From NCBI GenBank assembly GCA_963790205.1, contig CAWBNQ010000011.1, forward strand, positions 123,304 to 187,303: DNA of 64,000 bases. The letters are read 5' to 3'. Every line of letters starts with the position of its first letter. Positions within the stretch are counted from its first letter, which is position 1. Position numbers and translations under genes: made by a program. This DNA comes from Nitrospirota bacterium. Lineage in GTDB: Bacteria; Nitrospirota; UBA9217. The notes under the pieces were generated by a model. It was given only the letters and a program-made list of their open reading frames with translations. It made no database searches and was not told the DNA's origin. This document shows, piece after piece, positions 18,103 through 26,386 of this stretch.

Positions 18103-18676
18103 TATCTTAAATACTTAAGTTATAATAATTATTCTTGTTCCAGACGAGGCTCTCTTTATGTATTATAATAGGGCTTAGGCCATGACGTATATCGGCGCCG
18201 AAGTCGGCCTCGTCATTTTCGCTTTTTTTTGGTTGCTGCCGAGCAGTTTCCTCCGGAGCAATTGGGCTCAACCTCGCAGGAAAAATGTCCGGCAGTCCTC
18301 TTGCACCCTTGCTCTTTCCCAAGATTATAGGAGCGTGTGGTGGGTTCTGATACCCCGCCTGCTGAAACTGCTCATCTTAATTCAAGGAAATAGTTTGACG
18401 GAACGTGGAAAATCGATGAGAATATGCCGGTGATGATAGGTGCTCGGGCCACAGCGTTTGCTCTGTCCCCGGGTGGTCGAAGCGTAACCGGCATAAGTTT
18501 GATGTTCAGAAATAAAGATTTTCGAAATACCGCATAAATACTATTGATCGAAAGGAGAAGGCCGACGGTAACACGTGTAATCAGGCGTCACTGGTATTAT
18601 CGTACTATGCAGCAAGGAACATCTTAAATCAGCTCCTGATTTCAAATTTTTAGAATTGAAAGGAGAACGTAAAAGT

Positions 18677-19582
18677 ATGAGGAATCGGTGGAACGCGCTA
18701 TCATTGCTGCTGTTGCTCGCCTTCGTGCTAGTCCCTGCTGCCGGTGCGGCACCCGACGCGGCGGCATGCCTCGGTTGTCACGGTTCAATGGAAGGGGCGG
18801 TGAATGTCAACCAGGAAAAATTTTCAAAGTCCGTCCATGGATCGTTTGATTGCGTCACGTGCCATATGACCCTGAAAGGAGCACAGCACGCCGGGCTCTC
18901 CGGCAAAGCCGACGCGGCGACCAGGGCACTGGCCTCCCAGATCTCCCCGAAGAGCAAAATCGATCCTATTGCGCAGGCGGCGTGCGCCCAATGCCATGGT
19001 GATATTTACCAGGCCTATAAGGGGAGCGTTCATGGGAAGAATGTCATCGATAAAAAATCGACCGACGGTCCTGTCTGTACGAGCTGTCACGGTTCCCCGC
19101 ACTATATTCAGCCGAAGGAGAGCAAGGAGTCGGCGGTAAACCACTTCAATGTCGTGCAGACCTGCGGCAAGTGCCATGAAGAAAAATTCATGTCCGAAAA
19201 ATACGGCTTCAGCGAACAAGTCATGGAACGGTACAAGGAAAGTTTCCACGGCAGAAAGCTGAAGCTCGGTCACCCCAACGCGCCTTCTTGCGTTGATTGT
19301 CACGGTTCCCATGATATCATAAGCGATAAGGACCCCGCTTCGCCGGTGGTAGGAGCGAATAAGATAAAGACCTGCAGCAAGTGCCACGCGGGAGCGAATG
19401 CGAAGTTTGTGGCAGCCATTACCCATCAGCCCCCTCGCCCGATAGCGCATTTCACGGAAATCGCCCTGATCATCCTCACGGTGAGTGTGTTTCTGTTCAT
19501 CTGCATCCATGTGCTTTTGGATATCTACGCGGACGTCCGCGACCGTTTGTTCAGGAAAGGAAAAGGAGGCAGCCATGAATAA
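18677..19582 (+). CDS. Periplasmic heptaheme cytochrome c with a C-terminal membrane helix
   Basis: Signal peptide; seven CxxCH (CLGCH, CVTCH, CAQCH, CTSCH, CGKCH, CVDCH, CSKCH); C-terminal TM helix containing His. Confidence 0.9.
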   Translation: MRNRWNALSLLLLLAFVLVPAAGAAPDAAACLGCHGSMEGAVNVNQEKFSKSVHGSFDCVTCHMTLKGAQHAGLSGKADAATRALASQISPKSKIDPIAQAACAQCHGDIYQAYKGSVHGKNVIDKKSTDGPVCTSCHGSPHYIQPKESKESAVNHFNVVQTCGKCHEEKFMSEKYGFSEQVMERYKESFHGRKLKLGHPNAPSCVDCHGSHDIISDKDPASPVVGANKIKTCSKCHAGANAKFVAAITHQPPRPIAHFTEIALIILTVSVFLFICIHVLLDIYADVRDRLFRKGKGGSHE

Positions 19583-20282
19583 TAAAAATATTCCCACGGA
19601 GATAGAGAGGTTCGACCTTTCTGCGAGGATCCAGCACGTCATCATGTTCACGACGTTTTTGCTCCTGTCCTTCACCGGATGGGGACTCAAGTATGCGTAT
19701 CAGGATCCGGCGAGCGCCTGGATACGGTTCTGGGGCGGCGCGAAGACGGCGGGGATCATACACCGGGCGGCGGGAATCACGATGCTCCTGGATTTCATCT
19801 ACCATCAGTTCTACCTCATCAACCAGGCACGCAAGGGAGGATTTAGGCTGAGCCTTGTTCCCATGCCCAAGGACGTCGTCGATGCGTTCCACAATTTCAT
19901 GTACTTCTTCGGCTTCAGGAAGGAAAAACCGTACTTCGGAAAGTTCAACTACATGCAGAAGTTCGACTACTGGGCGGTATATTGGGGCATGTTCATCATC
20001 GGAGCTTCCGGGTTCTTCCTGGCTTTTCCGGTGACGGTTTCATCGCTTTTTCCCATGTGGTCTATCCAATGGATCTGGGACGTCATCTTTGTCATGCACA
20101 GCGATGAGGCGCTTCTTGCCATCGTATTCATTCTCATTTTCCATTTCTACAACGAACACCTGCGGTCAGAGGTGTTCCCGATGAACTGGATGTGGCTGAC
20201 CGGGAAGATGTCTATTGAACAGCTCAAACATCATCATCCTGCCGAATACGATTATCTTTACGGAGACAAAAAGAAGAAGTAG
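19575..20282 (+). CDS. Membrane cytochrome b (FdnI/hydrogenase cytochrome b-like)
   Basis: RIQH, IHRAAG, KFNYMQKFDYWAV.WG, MHSDEALLA, HFYNEH; SD AGGAGG. Confidence 0.85.
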   Translation: MNNKNIPTEIERFDLSARIQHVIMFTTFLLLSFTGWGLKYAYQDPASAWIRFWGGAKTAGIIHRAAGITMLLDFIYHQFYLINQARKGGFRLSLVPMPKDVVDAFHNFMYFFGFRKEKPYFGKFNYMQKFDYWAVYWGMFIIGASGFFLAFPVTVSSLFPMWSIQWIWDVIFVMHSDEALLAIVFILIFHFYNEHLRSEVFPMNWMWLTGKMSIEQLKHHHPAEYDYLYGDKKKK

Positions 20283-20294
20283 CGTGACGATGAG

Positions 20295-20328
20295 AAAAAA
20301 ACGGCGGCCGGTGAGGCCGCCGTTTTTT
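20295..20328. terminator. Bidirectional rho-independent terminator
   Basis: A-tract CGGCGGCC-GGTGA-GGCCGCCG T-tract between convergent genes. Confidence 0.85.
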
Positions 20329-20348
20329 ATTGAGGGAGAGGGGAACCG

Positions 20349-21011
20349 TCACGCCAGTTTCTCGAGGGTTCCTTGTTTCATCCTGAACCGCGTAACGGCC
20401 CGAAGGGCAATCTCGGAGCTGTGGGTCACCATGATCATCGTGACCTTCTTCTCGCGGTTGATCTTCTCGAAGAAGGCCATGATCTCGGCCTCCGTTTCCT
20501 CATCGAGGTCACCGGTGGGCTCGTCAGCCAGGATGATCTCGGGTTCGTGAATGAACGCACGGGCAATCGCCACCCGCTGCTGCTCGCCGCCGGAGAGCTC
20601 GGAAGGGTACCGGTCAGCCTTATCTCCGAGTCCGACGAGACGAAGCAGCCGGACCGCGTCGTCCCTCTTTTTTTTGCCGCCGAACACGGTCGGCAGGAGG
20701 ACGTTCTCGGTCGCGGTGAGGGTAGGGATGAGGCTGGCGAACTGATATATAAAACCGATCTTCTCGTTCCTCAGTTTCGAGAGTCCTCTGTCGTCATAGC
20801 TCCGGATGTCGGTCCCATCAAGGATGACCGTGCCCGTATCAGGCCTGGCGATGCCTCCGACAAGGCTCAAAAACGTGCTCTTGCCGGACCCCGAGTGCCC
20901 GACGATCGAGACGAACTTCCCCTGCTCGATGGAGAGATCGACAGGCTGAAGCGCCTGTATGGTTTTTCCGGAGACGGTGTAGCTCTTCGATAATCCTTTC
21001 AGCTCAATCAT
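20349..21011 (-). CDS. ABC transporter ATPase (LolD/MacB type)
   Basis: MIELKGLSK, GHSGSGKST, LSGGEQQRVAIA, ADEPTGDLD, VTH. True start 21011; the longer call to 21491 overlaps other genes. Confidence 0.9.
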   Translation of the reverse strand: MIELKGLSKSYTVSGKTIQALQPVDLSIEQGKFVSIVGHSGSGKSTFLSLVGGIARPDTGTVILDGTDIRSYDDRGLSKLRNEKIGFIYQFASLIPTLTATENVLLPTVFGGKKKRDDAVRLLRLVGLGDKADRYPSELSGGEQQRVAIARAFIHEPEIILADEPTGDLDEETEAEIMAFFEKINREKKVTMIMVTHSSEIALRAVTRFRMKQGTLEKLA

Positions 21012-21412
21012 GAATTTCCCTTCTTTCTGGTTGATATCACGGTCCCGACAGCGGCTCCGCACATAATGACCGCAGAAACAACGGCGACGAACCGGATGCC
21101 CGGCACCATGCCGTAATTGCACGGCATCCGGCTGCTGCGGCAGTAGCCGAACTTGTCCGGGAGCAGGAACGCGACGATATATAAAACAATCGACACCGCC
21201 GCGCAGATGATATCGACCGGCCTCCATTTTAAAAAAGCCGTCGCGCTCCCGAGCACGATAAGCAGCGCGCCGACCACGTACTCCGCACGCGCCGTGTCCG
21301 AGCAGTGCATCGCGGGGAATCCCAGGTAGCCGCAGGCGGGAAGAATGAATCGCGGCACCAGAATGAAGAGGAGGCCGCTTACGACGGCGGTTATGAAGAT
21401 CAGTTTTTTCAT
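21008..21412 (-). CDS. DUF4418-like Cys-rich membrane protein
   Basis: Four TM segments with periplasmic PAC...MHC and GYC....MPC motifs. Confidence 0.75.
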   Translation of the reverse strand: MKKLIFITAVVSGLLFILVPRFILPACGYLGFPAMHCSDTARAEYVVGALLIVLGSATAFLKWRPVDIICAAVSIVLYIVAFLLPDKFGYCRSSRMPCNYGMVPGIRFVAVVSAVIMCGAAVGTVISTRKKGNS

Positions 21413-21813
21413 TTGAGCGCTGTTGCAGTTCCGTCGAAATCCATTGCCGCGCCGTACTCCAAAGCCTTGCCTTTATCCGCAAAGGGTGCAATACCCCACC
21501 CCATGGGAGTTTTGAATTTTTTTTCGGAATGCACGTAGTATGCTTTATGGGCGTCGATCCATTCGCCGGTGTTGTAGTCTTTGACTTCTACGCGAGTCGC
21601 GGACGGCTTTTTTCTTTTCAGATAGGAAAAGAGGTCCCCGATATCGCAGAAATAGAGCGTCTGATCGCCCTGGATGATCCGAGACGTGAATTTTGCGGCA
21701 ACATCGCAGGTCATGCCGCATTCAGAGCAATTGACCGTCTCCGCAAACGCTGGTGACGCAATTACGGAAAACCATATCAGGACAACCAGGGCTTTTTTCG
21801 TTACTATGGGCAT
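21409..21813 (-). CDS. NosL-family periplasmic metal chaperone
   Basis: Signal peptide; CSECGM, YFCDIGD, WIDAHKAYYV, TPMGWGIAPF. Confidence 0.85.
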   Translation of the reverse strand: MPIVTKKALVVLIWFSVIASPAFAETVNCSECGMTCDVAAKFTSRIIQGDQTLYFCDIGDLFSYLKRKKPSATRVEVKDYNTGEWIDAHKAYYVHSEKKFKTPMGWGIAPFADKGKALEYGAAMDFDGTATALK

Positions 21814-21845
21814 AGTGCGCTTCCCTTGCAAATTACAAAAAATAT

Positions 21846-22445
21846 TTACTTCCCCTTTGCATCGATTTCCTTCTTGAGGGCCTGAGCGGTCCCTTCATCG
21901 AATTTTTTGATTTCGTTGTACTGCTTCAGGGCTTCCGCGCGCCGCCCCTTGTTGAGCAATACGACGCCGAGGTTATAGCGGGCTGTTGCGTAATGCGGAC
22001 GCAGGGAGATGGCTTTTTCGAGCGCGGCGATCTGTTCATTTGTTTTTCCCACCATGCCGTATGACGCCGCGAGGTTATTGTAAATCACCGGGTTCTTTGG
22101 GGAATATTTCCCCGCCTTCAGGAAAGGCTTTATCGCTTCCCGGTACTTGCCGAGCCTGTTATAGGCCGTGCCAAGTTGCTCATAGGCGTAGCCGATTTCT
22201 TTCGGTTTGAGGGCGATGACTTTCTTGAGGGCGTCGACCTCCTCCGGGTACATACCGGCCCGGTCGTAGAGATCCGCAAGGTGAAACCATGCGTCCGTGT
22301 CGCGGGGATTGCTTGCGACCCGTTCCCTGAGCACCTGGATATCGGATTTTTGCGGGGCGATCTGGACGGAAGGTCTTTCGTTATCCTTGGAGCAAGCGGT
22401 GAGCATCGTCAGGATTATCAACAGTATGGAAATCCTCCATCGCAT
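21846..22445 (-). CDS. TPR lipoprotein
   Basis: Lipobox LTAC; four to five TPR units. Confidence 0.8.
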   Translation of the reverse strand: MRWRISILLIILTMLTACSKDNERPSVQIAPQKSDIQVLRERVASNPRDTDAWFHLADLYDRAGMYPEEVDALKKVIALKPKEIGYAYEQLGTAYNRLGKYREAIKPFLKAGKYSPKNPVIYNNLAASYGMVGKTNEQIAALEKAISLRPHYATARYNLGVVLLNKGRRAEALKQYNEIKKFDEGTAQALKKEIDAKGK

Positions 22446-23641
22446 TATTCTTCTCTCCTTATGGCTTCATACGGTTCCATCTTTAAAATGGCAAGGGACG
22501 GCAGGAGGGCGGAAAGCAGACCGGTGGCAAGGGAAAAAATTACCGCGCCGACGATCAGAACGGTCAGATCCGCGGGCGAAGGGAACAGATACGGGAGTTT
22601 TAAATAGTGCAACATAAGGTCTTTAAAGCTCATGAGCAATCCGAAACCGAGAACGACACCGGTTGCGCCGCCGCCTGCCGACAACAGCGATGCCTCAGAC
22701 AGAAGGATTGCGGAAATATGGTTTTTATTCGCGCCCATCGCCCGGAGGAGGCCGATTTCACGACGCCGTTCGTTTACGATCATATAAAACGCGAAAGCCA
22801 TGATTAAAAGAACGATAAACCAGAGGACGATGCTGATGATGATTATCGCGCGAATAAGACCGGAGAGCTGATTTCTCACCGTGCTGATGACCCTGTCGGA
22901 CACCAGGGCCTTTACGCCGCTGATGGCATATTCGATCCTGACGGCTACCCGGTCCGGCGTAATATCGTCGTCCACCTGCACCAGGACCGTTGAGATTTTG
23001 TCCCTTCCGATCTCAATGGGTTGAAGAGCTTTCGTCTTCGATTCCTCGGCCATCTTATAGGCCGCATCGAGGCTCATGAAAACCGCACGATCGAAAAAGT
23101 CCATGCCGGTCGGTTCCATGGTCCCCGCGACCCTGAAATTGGTACCGAAAAAGGGGATCATGTCCCCGACGATGACGGGGACCGACCGGCCGGTGATGAT
23201 CTCGTTGATCCCCAGTTTTCGATTAAGGTTTTTTTCGAGCCAGGGCTTAACCGTAAAGTCGGTTTCCGGGTCGAAGGCCACCAGGAATACGTCTACATTG
23301 AAGCAGCAGGAAAAACTCGTCGGTTTAATAAAGAGCTGGGGCGTGGCGGCCTTTACCCCCTCAACATGTCTAACACGATCGAGGACCGATCTGTCCATCA
23401 GAAACTGGGTTGGCTCTCCCGAGAGGAGCGCAGACTTCGCCTTGGCTTCAGCGCTCGCGGGGACCACGAGAATATCGGCGCCGAGACGATAGGTCCCGAT
23501 TTTAAGCGCATTATTTATGCTTTTCAGGAAGAGGGTCGCCGTAAACAATGTACACGACACGACGGCGACGATGGCAAATAAAAGCCATGTCCTTGTCAGC
23601 TTTCTCTTCAGGTTCTTAATTGCAACATAGGGAATGTTCAT
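22445..23641 (-). CDS. FtsX/MacB-type ABC permease with a periplasmic Cys-Cys motif
   Basis: LGADILVVP, ATPQLFI.PTSFSCCF, FDPETDFTVKPWL, ERRREIGLLRAMGA; 1+3 TM topology. Confidence 0.9.
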   Translation of the reverse strand: MNIPYVAIKNLKRKLTRTWLLFAIVAVVSCTLFTATLFLKSINNALKIGTYRLGADILVVPASAEAKAKSALLSGEPTQFLMDRSVLDRVRHVEGVKAATPQLFIKPTSFSCCFNVDVFLVAFDPETDFTVKPWLEKNLNRKLGINEIITGRSVPVIVGDMIPFFGTNFRVAGTMEPTGMDFFDRAVFMSLDAAYKMAEESKTKALQPIEIGRDKISTVLVQVDDDITPDRVAVRIEYAISGVKALVSDRVISTVRNQLSGLIRAIIIISIVLWFIVLLIMAFAFYMIVNERRREIGLLRAMGANKNHISAILLSEASLLSAGGGATGVVLGFGLLMSFKDLMLHYLKLPYLFPSPADLTVLIVGAVIFSLATGLLSALLPSLAILKMEPYEAIRREE

Positions 23642-23730
23642 AATGGCAGTGATTTTTCCTTCGGAGCGGTAAAATTAGGAACGTAGGAACGAAATTATTA
23701 TACCACAAAGCAGGCGGGCAAGTAAAGAGT

Positions 23731-23756
23731 CCGGAGGGCGGGCTGCCGCCCTCCGG
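23731..23756 (-). terminator. GC hairpin after the beta-propeller gene, followed by a probable internal extended -10 (TGGTATAAT at 23697-23705)
   Basis: CCGGAGGGCGG-GCTG-CCGCCCTCCGG. Confidence 0.55.
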
Positions 23757-23773
23757 CGTAACTGAAGAAACGG

Positions 23774-24907
23774 TTATTTCTTCCAATCTACGGTAATGCC
23801 GCAGAGCAGAGGGGATCCTGAATCGATCGCAACCTTTATTCCGTTAGCATTATGGCATGATGCGCACAGGGATACTTCTTCGACGATGGTGTCATCTTTC
23901 ATATTCATGACCGCCAGCAAGCTGTCGTCGCTGCCGTACGATCTGGATGCGAGAAGCGCATACCCGTTCTTGGTGAAGGCGAAGTCATGAGGACTGAGGT
24001 TGTTCGGGAGCACAATGCGCTTCACAATGGAGTCCGTCTTTGTGCTGATGATGATCACCTGGTGCGCCTTGGTGCCGCCTTTCAGCACACTCGCGGTACC
24101 GGCCGTACCGGTCGGATTCAGCTCGAATTCATTCGGAGCGCTCACCCAGAGATATTTGCCGTCCGGCGTCATGCGATCCTGATGGATGAAGGTCATCTCG
24201 GGGCTCGTGATCTCCTTAATTTTCTTCTTCGTCTTCCAGTCATACACGTATACCTTGCCTGCCGGCATGTCGGTGATGTATGCTTTTTTGTCGTTCTTGG
24301 TCCACTGAATGCCGCAGACCGCCATACCAACCGGCATTTTGTCCACGAGCTTGAGCTTTTCCGGGTTCCACACATAGACGTTTCCGTCGGTCATGTCTTC
24401 GAAATAGACGTTGCCGTCCGGACCGGTGATGGCTCCGCAGAACTTCTCGCCGACCTTAAAGGGACCTTCCTTTTTAGCGGCCCTGCCGTTCGCATCGAGC
24501 TCGACCTTGTACACGTTTCCGGCCAGCGTGCCGGCGATCAGGACTTTCTTCCCATGTTCCATCATGAGGGTCTGTCCGTGAGAACCGCCGGACTTTTTGG
24601 CTTGTTCAAAGCTGATGCCCGCGACCTTGCCTTCCATCTCGGAGCCGGCCTCGGTAAGGACGATTCTGTCTTTTTCAACATCGGTCGGCGACTTCATGGT
24701 CCTCAGATCGAGGATCGCCAGGTGCCCGCCGTGGCCGGCAATGTATGCTATCCCGTCAAAAGTCACGGGTTTGGCCTCTTTCACCACTTTTGCATCGACG
24801 ACGGTCTCAGATGCGGCATTGACTGACGAGCGCAGGGACATGACCATGAAAAGAGCCAAGACGCACACTCCAACGAGACTGATGACTACACTTTTTTTGA
24901 AACTCAT
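23774..24907 (-). CDS. Secreted YVTN/YncE-like beta-propeller with a single C-terminal CxxCH
   Basis: N-terminal signal/anchor; blade repeats VG...CG....PDG, VG..VCGIQW, IHQ...TPDG, PHDFAF; CASCH. Confidence 0.8.
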   Translation of the reverse strand: MSFKKSVVISLVGVCVLALFMVMSLRSSVNAASETVVDAKVVKEAKPVTFDGIAYIAGHGGHLAILDLRTMKSPTDVEKDRIVLTEAGSEMEGKVAGISFEQAKKSGGSHGQTLMMEHGKKVLIAGTLAGNVYKVELDANGRAAKKEGPFKVGEKFCGAITGPDGNVYFEDMTDGNVYVWNPEKLKLVDKMPVGMAVCGIQWTKNDKKAYITDMPAGKVYVYDWKTKKKIKEITSPEMTFIHQDRMTPDGKYLWVSAPNEFELNPTGTAGTASVLKGGTKAHQVIIISTKTDSIVKRIVLPNNLSPHDFAFTKNGYALLASRSYGSDDSLLAVMNMKDDTIVEEVSLCASCHNANGIKVAIDSGSPLLCGITVDWKK

Positions 24908-25347
24908 AGTTCCTCCCCTTTAATGAAAGTTGAGCACGATGCGTGCTCAGATTACTCTCTGGATCTCATGCTGACATGTATTCAAATAAGAATCTACTTC
25001 GTTCTTTATCTGGCCACCTCCTTCTCCGCTTCACACGGAAAAAATGAGTACCCATGGCTTCATTTTTCGAGGCTTCACATTTAAAGAATCAATGGCATAA
25101 TCAATATAGTATAAGTGCACGCAGGGTGTCAACTTCAAATTGTAATTTTACACGTTGCGCTTGTTGCAACTTGCTGTAACAATCAAAAATAATTATGCAT
25201 TAATTATGCCGTGGTGAATAGGTGTCAGCGCAAGGATTAAGAAGTGGATCAGGATAGGTTAGCTCAGGCCATACCGTGTAAGCCTCCTTGTGCAACTGTC
25301 GGAGATGCGCGCCTGTATATGCCTGGGGAAGGGGAGAATATGTTGAG

Positions 25348-25389
25348 AAAAAAAAGGCATCCCCCCTGAAAGTTGAGAGGATGCCTTTT
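25348..25389 (-). terminator. rpmB terminator
   Basis: AAAGGCATCC...GGATGCCTTT stem with a U-tract on the minus strand. Confidence 0.7.
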
Positions 25390-25396
25390 AACTGTT

Positions 25397-25591
25397 TTAG
25401 CTGACTTTCTTTACTTTGCCCGAGCGTATACAGCGCGTGCATGCCTTTATCCGGACATGGGACCCGTGAGGTCCTACAGCCTTTACACTCTGGATGTTCG
25501 GCTTCGATACTTTCTTTGTTTTGTTATTGGCATGGCTCACCTGGTTACCGCTGAGCTTGCCCTTGCCGCAAATTTCACATGTTCCCGCCAC
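25397..25591 (-). CDS. rpmB: 50S ribosomal protein L28 (Zn-ribbon form)
   Basis: CEICGK...[11 protein letters not shown]....PNIQ...CTRCIRSG; GTG start with SD GGAGG. Confidence 0.95.
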   Translation of the reverse strand: MAGTCEICGKGKLSGNQVSHANNKTKKVSKPNIQSVKAVGPHGSHVRIKACTRCIRSGKVKKVS

Positions 25592-25702
25592 AGTACCGTC
25601 CTCCGCTTAGTTAAAATTAGGATTAACATTTAAAAGCAGGCGTACGATATCATAAGAACAGGCGGTTTGCAAGGGGAAAATGTGGACAGCCTATTTAAAT
25701 AC

Positions 25703-25746
25703 TTGACATCCTTTATCGATTGATATAATGTAAGTACATACTTACA
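25703..25746 (+). promoter_or_regulatory. sigma70 promoter with an overlapping palindromic operator (likely TetR autorepression)
   Basis: TTGACA (25703), TGaTATAAT (25721-25729), perfect palindrome TGTAAGTA-CA-TACTTACA (25729-25746). Confidence 0.8.
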
Positions 25747-25762
25747 AGGATTTCAACAAAGG

Positions 25763-26386
25763 ATGAAAACGTCAAATACAAGAGAGCAGCTCCTGAAAGC
25801 AACCCTGAAGCTCATTTCGGAGAAGGGGTATCTCGGCGCCACGACAAGGGAGATCGCCCATGAGGCGGGCGTGACCGAGCTGACCCTGTTTAGGCACTTC
25901 GGGTCGAAGGAGCATCTTTTCGAGGAACTGCTGAAGGGCTATACGTTCCTTCCGATGTTGAAAGAGCTCCTGCCCGAGTTGGAGGGGCTTTCCTGCAAAG
26001 AGGCCCTTACGCTGATCGCTACGCGGTTTCTCCTGTCGCTCAAAGAGCGGAAATCCATTGTCAAGATCATGTATTCCGAGGTTACCAGTTATCCCGAAAA
26101 GATCAGGGAAGTCTATAATAAAGTCATAGATGAGATGAGAATAACGCTTGCACGTTACTTCGAGTCCCAGCAGAATCGCGGCGACTTCAGAAAAAACATA
26201 TCGCCTGAAATGGCTGCCCGTGTGTTCCTGTGGATACTTTTTTCCTATTTCAGATCTGAAGAAATCATGCGTTCCGCAGGAATGAAGAAAAAAGTCATGG
26301 AAAAAGATGTGCGGGAGATCATTGATATTTTCATGCATGGAACATTGACGGATAACAGTAACCTGTTCAAGGGAGAAATGCCATGA
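25763..26386 (+). CDS. TetR/AcrR-family regulator
   Basis: KGYLGATTREIAHEAGVTELTLFRHFGSKE. Confidence 0.95.
   Translation: MKTSNTREQLLKATLKLISEKGYLGATTREIAHEAGVTELTLFRHFGSKEHLFEELLKGYTFLPMLKELLPELEGLSCKEALTLIATRFLLSLKERKSIVKIMYSEVTSYPEKIREVYNKVIDEMRITLARYFESQQNRGDFRKNISPEMAARVFLWILFSYFRSEEIMRSAGMKKKVMEKDVREIIDIFMHGTLTDNSNLFKGEMP

Noticed and set aside
18100-18676. Cyclic-dinucleotide (GEMM) riboswitch upstream of the cytochrome genes
   Set aside because: I could not find the conserved GEMM-I motifs by eye; an Infernal search is needed.
21012-21491. N-terminal extension of the ABC ATPase ORF called at 20349-21491
   Set aside because: It overlaps the DUF4418-like and NosL-like genes in another frame; the ATPase starts at 21011 with an ATGA overlap.
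24931-24949. UGA plus hairpin as a SECIS/selenocysteine signal
   Set aside because: The UGA is inside the stem, and read-through meets TAA eight codons later, before the propeller ATG.
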